Positions 16,347 to 20,000 of a stretch of DNA of 20,000 nt are shown piece by piece. This DNA comes from an uncultured virus (IMG/VR IMGVR_UViG_3300020195_000012) (lineage: Duplodnaviria; Heunggongvirae; Uroviricota; Caudoviricetes). The stretch lies in the IMG/VR virus record IMGVR_UViG_3300020195_000012, one strand, 5' to 3'. A program made the translations under genes and the position numbers. Position 1 is the stretch's first letter. The number at the start of each line of letters is the position of its first letter. Under the pieces are notes generated by a model. It was not told the DNA's origin. It was given only the letters and a program-made list of their open reading frames with translations, and did not search any database.

Positions 16347-16940
16347 ATGTTACACGTTATTACTGATGGCGGATACGATGATTGGCGAAAACAATTACTT
16401 GATTTATACTTACACACTCCAGGTTGCGTTAAGACTGGTGATGTGACATTAGCCAGTGGAGCCAAATCAGATTTGTACATTGACTCCAAAATGGTTTCAT
16501 TGTCTCATAAAGGATTACAACTCATTGGGGCTTGTTTTCTTGAACGGTTTCTAGAAGAAAGATTGGAGTTCAATGCAATTGGCGGGATGACAGTAGGGGC
16601 AGACCCAATAATTTCAGCATGTACGTTATTATCATCATGTTGGGGACATGGCGCAAAAGGCTTTATTGTACGTAAAGAACCAAAATCACACGGAACTGGC
16701 AAGCTGATTGAAGGACCGTTGAACAAGGGAGACAATGTAATTTTGGTAGAAGATGTGACTACAACGGGTGGTACACTGGTGCAGGCGACCAGAATCGTTA
16801 GAGATTACGGATGCAAAGTGGTTGCTGCGTATACGGTGGTTGATCGTGAAGAGGGTGGCACAGAATCACTTGCAAAAGAAGGCGTCAATCTATTTTCCAT
16901 TTTAGTACGTAAAGACTTGTTAAATGTTAACTCAATCTGA
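16347..16940 (+). CDS. pyrE: Orotate phosphoribosyltransferase
   Basis: TLASGAKSDLYID, GGMTVGADP, VRKEPKSHG, PRPP motif VILVEDVTTTGGT, and VVDREEGG. Confidence 0.97.
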   Translation: MLHVITDGGYDDWRKQLLDLYLHTPGCVKTGDVTLASGAKSDLYIDSKMVSLSHKGLQLIGACFLERFLEERLEFNAIGGMTVGADPIISACTLLSSCWGHGAKGFIVRKEPKSHGTGKLIEGPLNKGDNVILVEDVTTTGGTLVQATRIVRDYGCKVVAAYTVVDREEGGTESLAKEGVNLFSILVRKDLLNVNSI

Positions 16941-17184
16941 CGTATCGTTTTTCCTTCAGCGTCACGCGCCTACGTGGTGGGATCGGGACTGTTTTGAAAC
17001 GGTGGATAAATTAGATTGTTTGAATTACATGGATGCAATTCTTATTGCTCAGAAAATGGTAGTTGGAAGGTGGAGAATTCAAGAGTTTAGACCCCAAGAA
17101 ACAGAACTTGGTGTTAGACTTGGGCTTGACTTTTGGTCGTTGGTAGCTACCTATGATTCTTCTGAGTTGGTAATAATTATTTGA
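16924..17184 (+). CDS. Hypothetical protein
   Basis: 86-aa ORF overlapping the pyrE end, within a tightly packed run of genes. Confidence 0.65.
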   Translation: MLTQSDVSFFLQRHAPTWWDRDCFETVDKLDCLNYMDAILIAQKMVVGRWRIQEFRPQETELGVRLGLDFWSLVATYDSSELVIII

Positions 17185-17196
17185 AAAGGATCGCTG

Positions 17197-17706
17197 ATGT
17201 TTACGGCGAAGGTTTGTTCTAATATCCGAGAAGCAACAGAATATTCCAAAAAGTTGCTTGCGGAGTTAGAAACAACACGTGAATTAGAGTTTCAGGTTGT
17301 TTTGTCGTCGTCGGAGACTGAGTGTTGCGAGGCTGGCGGTGACTGGGATCATACATCATGCATTTTATTAAATGCAATCCGTGAAATGGATATGTTTCAA
17401 GGATATATGATGTATGATCGTAAATATGGTGGGTTCTGGGATTTTGTTGAATGGGAAGTTCCAAACAAGAAAAGACTTACACCCGACCCTGATGAGTGGT
17501 ATGTAACAGCGGGTGAGAAGCTAGTTGTAATACATAATGTTCATGCTTTGTGCGAAGATCAGTTCCCAATTGTGATTGTCAAAGAATCATTTTGGAATAA
17601 TCATGGCGATCAATGTTTGAAAATGTTAAAAGTTATAGAGCCAGGAATTGATTACACGACCAAGATAAGTCCAGCAGTATATGTCGAATTGTTTTTTGCG
17701 GAGTGA
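17197..17706 (+). CDS. Hypothetical protein (acidic, aromatic-rich)
   Basis: 169 aa with an AAGGA RBS upstream. Confidence 0.8.
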   Translation: MFTAKVCSNIREATEYSKKLLAELETTRELEFQVVLSSSETECCEAGGDWDHTSCILLNAIREMDMFQGYMMYDRKYGGFWDFVEWEVPNKKRLTPDPDEWYVTAGEKLVVIHNVHALCEDQFPIVIVKESFWNNHGDQCLKMLKVIEPGIDYTTKISPAVYVELFFAE

Positions 17707-18056
17707 ATATGAGTGAAATTGTGATCGTCCCAAAAGGATGGGGTTACGAAAAGATATTTGTTAACAAATCTTACTGCGGCAAGTTGCTTCATTTCAACGC
17801 AGGAAAACGCTGTAGTTTTCATTTCCATCGCATCAAGGACGAAGTGTTCTTTTTGCATAGTGGATTAATCCGCTTACTCTACAGTATGGATGACGATTAT
17901 TGTCAAGCGAAAGAACTGATTTTACAGCCAGGTGACAAGTTTGAAATTCCTATCGGATTAAGACATCAAATGATTGCACTTGAAGAAAGTGATCTGTATG
18001 AATTTAGCACAACAGATTACCCAGAAGACAGTTACAGAATCATACGAGGCGATTGA
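17703..18056 (+). CDS. Cupin protein (D-lyxose/mannose isomerase-like single cupin)
   Basis: VPKGWGYE...YCGKLL...CSFHFHRIKDEVF...PGD...IP.GLRH...EFST gives an H.H..K.E...H metal site. Start is GTG 17703 or ATG 17709. Confidence 0.88.
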   Translation: MNMSEIVIVPKGWGYEKIFVNKSYCGKLLHFNAGKRCSFHFHRIKDEVFFLHSGLIRLLYSMDDDYCQAKELILQPGDKFEIPIGLRHQMIALEESDLYEFSTTDYPEDSYRIIRGD

Positions 18057-18058
18057 CG

Positions 18059-18087
18059 TTGACACGTCTAATCGTCTGTGCTAATTT
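18059..18087 (+). promoter_or_regulatory. Sigma70-type promoter TTGACA-17-(TGc)TAATTT
   Basis: -35 at 18059-18064, TG at 18079-18080, -10 at 18082-18087. A GACGT-tgac-ACGTC dyad overlaps the -35, and a GGGC-agttc-GCCC hairpin sits just before the ATG at 18128. Confidence 0.6.
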
Positions 18088-18127
18088 AGTGTATAAAGTT
18101 TAAAGAGAAAGTTCGGGCAGTTCGCCC

Positions 18128-18673
18128 ATGTATATGAAGAGAAGAATGATAAATCGTAAAGACAGATATAAGGTTTATGAGGAATTGCTAGATGATCAAA
18201 AAATATACCAAGAGATAGTAGATGCGTCAAACAAAGTGATGAAAATAGTCAAGGCGGAATTGCCTTGGGTTAGTTTCTTGGAAGCGTTCAATTTGTTATT
18301 GTATGGAGATAGTTTTTTCGAAGAATGTTTAGATGAATCATTCTCTGATGATCTAAACCTATTGCCAGTAGAAAAAGTTTATCGCATTGAAACAATTTCT
18401 GGTAAGTTACTAGAGTTTCAACAAAGTGACACAGGACCAGATTACAAAGCTATTGCTGGTTCAGAGTCATCGAAAGTAATTAGATTTACGCCAGACCAAA
18501 TTATTCATGTTAAATGCGCAGATACAGTGGATCAAGGATTCTATCCGTATGGTCTGCCAATGACTGAAAAGTTTATACAACCGGAAATTGATATTGATTT
18601 CGTTGCTGAAGCGTCAAAGAATTTGATTTCTGCGTTGACGACTTGGCGTACAAATAAATTGTGGAGAGAATGA
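18128..18673 (+). CDS. Truncated paralogue of a T4 gp20-type portal vertex protein (181 aa)
   Basis: FNLLLYGDSFFE, LLPVEKVYRIE...GKLLEFQQ, IRFTPDQIIHVK...FYPYG resemble large-phage portal motifs (R....YGD.F.E; IAHFR....F.PYG.S). It ends before the MEDA...RAPERR.FYIDVG motif. Recognised by eye. Confidence 0.6.
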   Translation: MYMKRRMINRKDRYKVYEELLDDQKIYQEIVDASNKVMKIVKAELPWVSFLEAFNLLLYGDSFFEECLDESFSDDLNLLPVEKVYRIETISGKLLEFQQSDTGPDYKAIAGSESSKVIRFTPDQIIHVKCADTVDQGFYPYGLPMTEKFIQPEIDIDFVAEASKNLISALTTWRTNKLWRE

Positions 18674-18674
18674 G

Positions 18675-19181
18675 ATGCGTGCCTTTGCGTTTGTGGTTTT
18701 GGCTTTTTTGATTGCAACGTCTTCAATTAATGCACAACCACCTGTCATTCCTTCAAAAAAGGAAAAGGACAAGGAAAAAGAGCCACCACGTACTGGCAAC
18801 CCTGACGACGTTCCTGTCGTGCCAACAAAGAAGGATGAAAAGCCACCAGCAGAGAAATCTCCTGAAAAGCCTGAGATTATCAGTGGCGAACATGCTGTGT
18901 TGCCCGCAAGTTTAGTCAAAAATACAATTCGGGCACTCAAGAGTGGAAACACTACTTATGTTGCGGTGGATGCGGTCAGGATTGACGCAAAACGCAAAAT
19001 GTGGTTACATCCAACTTTCATAACTGGTGCCAAGACGAATGATCGTCCCATCCAGATCAGAAGAGACACGGAGGGATATCATATTGTTTTAGAACAGATA
19101 GAGCATCAATGGGAGGCGGAAGACGTTGACGGGATTACATCTAAATGGATTCCTGTCAAAAGCGTTTCAGTCAAAGAATGA
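18675..19181 (+). CDS. Secreted/periplasmic protein with a Pro/Lys/Glu-rich linker
   Basis: Signal peptide MRAFAFVVLAFLIATSSINA|Q, a low-complexity linker, then a ~95-aa globular domain. Confidence 0.85.
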   Translation: MRAFAFVVLAFLIATSSINAQPPVIPSKKEKDKEKEPPRTGNPDDVPVVPTKKDEKPPAEKSPEKPEIISGEHAVLPASLVKNTIRALKSGNTTYVAVDAVRIDAKRKMWLHPTFITGAKTNDRPIQIRRDTEGYHIVLEQIEHQWEAEDVDGITSKWIPVKSVSVKE

Positions 19182-19837
19182 GGTTTTGGTTAAATGTTAA
19201 ACAATTCTTCACCGGGAGAGAGCCAGTGTTGAGTCACAACGGTAGTAATGACACTTGGGGTGGGTACTCAGGAGCCGATGAGCAACTCCAATTGTCTCAC
19301 ATGACAAAGTCCAATCGTTTTCCAAAGATATTTGAGAGCGCCAAAGAACTTCAACCAAGTGCCAAAAGAATTATGTCTTTTGGCTGCTCTACTGGTGAAG
19401 AAGCAATGACTTTGGCTGAATTGTTTCCCGATTCTGAAATCGTCGGAGTGGATATCGACAACCACTCAGTCACTACGGCAAGACGAAATAACAAGTTTAG
19501 GGATCGCGTCTATTTTCAAACTGATCCTGGCGCTACTGGCAAGTACGATTTAGTGACATGCCTGATGGTGCTGTTCAGTTTGGAAAAACCTGTTCCTGTT
19601 GAAAAATGGCAAACCGCAATTCGACTGATTGACAAGCACGTCAATTTGGGTGGTGTAGTAATGCTATACACCAGCGACTACGATTTCAAAAGCGTAGAAG
19701 TTTCTGGTAATTATGAGCCAATTCGTGAATGGGTCAGAACGCACGAACGTAACAACAAGAAATACTTCTGTGGGTACTACAGAAAAGTACGCATTAATGA
19801 TTATGTTGAACCGAAAGTAGTTTCTGAGGCAGCATAA
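19178..19837 (+). CDS. Class I SAM-dependent methyltransferase with a CheR-like motif I
   Basis: RIMSFGCSTGEEAMTLA...IVGVDID (CheR: RIWSAGCSTGEE.YS.A...ATDI), plus KYDLVTCL.VL and LGG. Start placed at 19178 (ATGA overlap). Confidence 0.85.
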   Translation: MRFWLNVKQFFTGREPVLSHNGSNDTWGGYSGADEQLQLSHMTKSNRFPKIFESAKELQPSAKRIMSFGCSTGEEAMTLAELFPDSEIVGVDIDNHSVTTARRNNKFRDRVYFQTDPGATGKYDLVTCLMVLFSLEKPVPVEKWQTAIRLIDKHVNLGGVVMLYTSDYDFKSVEVSGNYEPIREWVRTHERNNKKYFCGYYRKVRINDYVEPKVVSEAA

Positions 19838-19959
19838 TGTACTACAGATTTGTTGTTGGCAATTCAGTTGAATCTGAAGGGTCGGGGACGGTAGAGGTGA
19901 AACTTGGAAAAAGTTGGAAAACCTTTGAAGAAAAACGAAAGAAGGAGACTATATTATGA
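19837..19959 (+). CDS. Possible 40-aa protein (MYYRFVVGNSVESEGSGTVEVKLGKSWKTFEEKRKKETIL)
   Basis: Not in the ORF track. It is coupled by TAATG to the upstream gene and by ATGA to the downstream one. Confidence 0.5.
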   Translation: MYYRFVVGNSVESEGSGTVEVKLGKSWKTFEEKRKKETIL

Positions 19960-20000
19960 TAGCAATGAACACGAAACCCCGAAAAGTGATCCGAGTAACC
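19956..20000 (+). CDS. Start of a gene running off the window (MIAMNTKPRKVIRVT...)
   Basis: AAGGAG RBS at 19942-19947, ATG at 19956, and an open frame to the window end. Confidence 0.55.
   Translation, partial: MIAMNTKPRKVIRVT

Noticed and set aside
18111..18127. GTTCG-containing hairpin as a tRNA fragment
   Set aside because: It is only a 4-bp stem with no cloverleaf context.
1..20000. Stop-codon reassignment, as in some large phages
   Set aside because: Recognisable enzymes are full length under code 11, and TAA, TAG and TGA all end genes at tight junctions.

Overview
This window looks like part of a large (jumbo/huge) tailed-phage genome. It is gene-dense, reads in standard code 11, has many ATGA/TAATG overlaps, and mixes small orphan ORFs with host-like enzymes. 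No rRNA, tRNA, CRISPR array or transposase was seen. On the left (+) are the 3' ~6 kb of a giant tape-measure-like gene containing a perfect 24-nt x5 repeat, followed by a CCA-adding-enzyme homologue with substituted catalytic and templating motifs. The middle (-) block, 7.4-15.2 kb, carries an HNH nuclease, two sets of tandem small paralogues, a histidine phosphatase, a membrane protein with a LigA domain-Ia-like segment, an HPPD-like VOC protein, an orphan N6/N4 DNA methyltransferase, a HAD deoxyribonucleotidase, ClpP, a DUF5658-like protein and pyrB. A ~400-nt divergent intergenic region (15226-15632) holds a consensus sigma70 promoter, a ~335-nt highly structured pyrB leader and several palindromes; it is a candidate novel cis-regulatory RNA and/or replication origin. 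On the right (+) are membrane proteins, an apparently leaderless pyrE, a cupin, a truncated T4-gp20-type portal paralogue behind its own sigma70 promoter, a secreted Pro/Lys-rich protein and a CheR-like methyltransferase. The most notable items are the structured pyrB leader or origin, the phage pyrB+pyrE pair, and a recurring set of disabled or truncated copies of essential proteins that could act as decoys. All family calls come from motifs recognised by eye; no searches were run.
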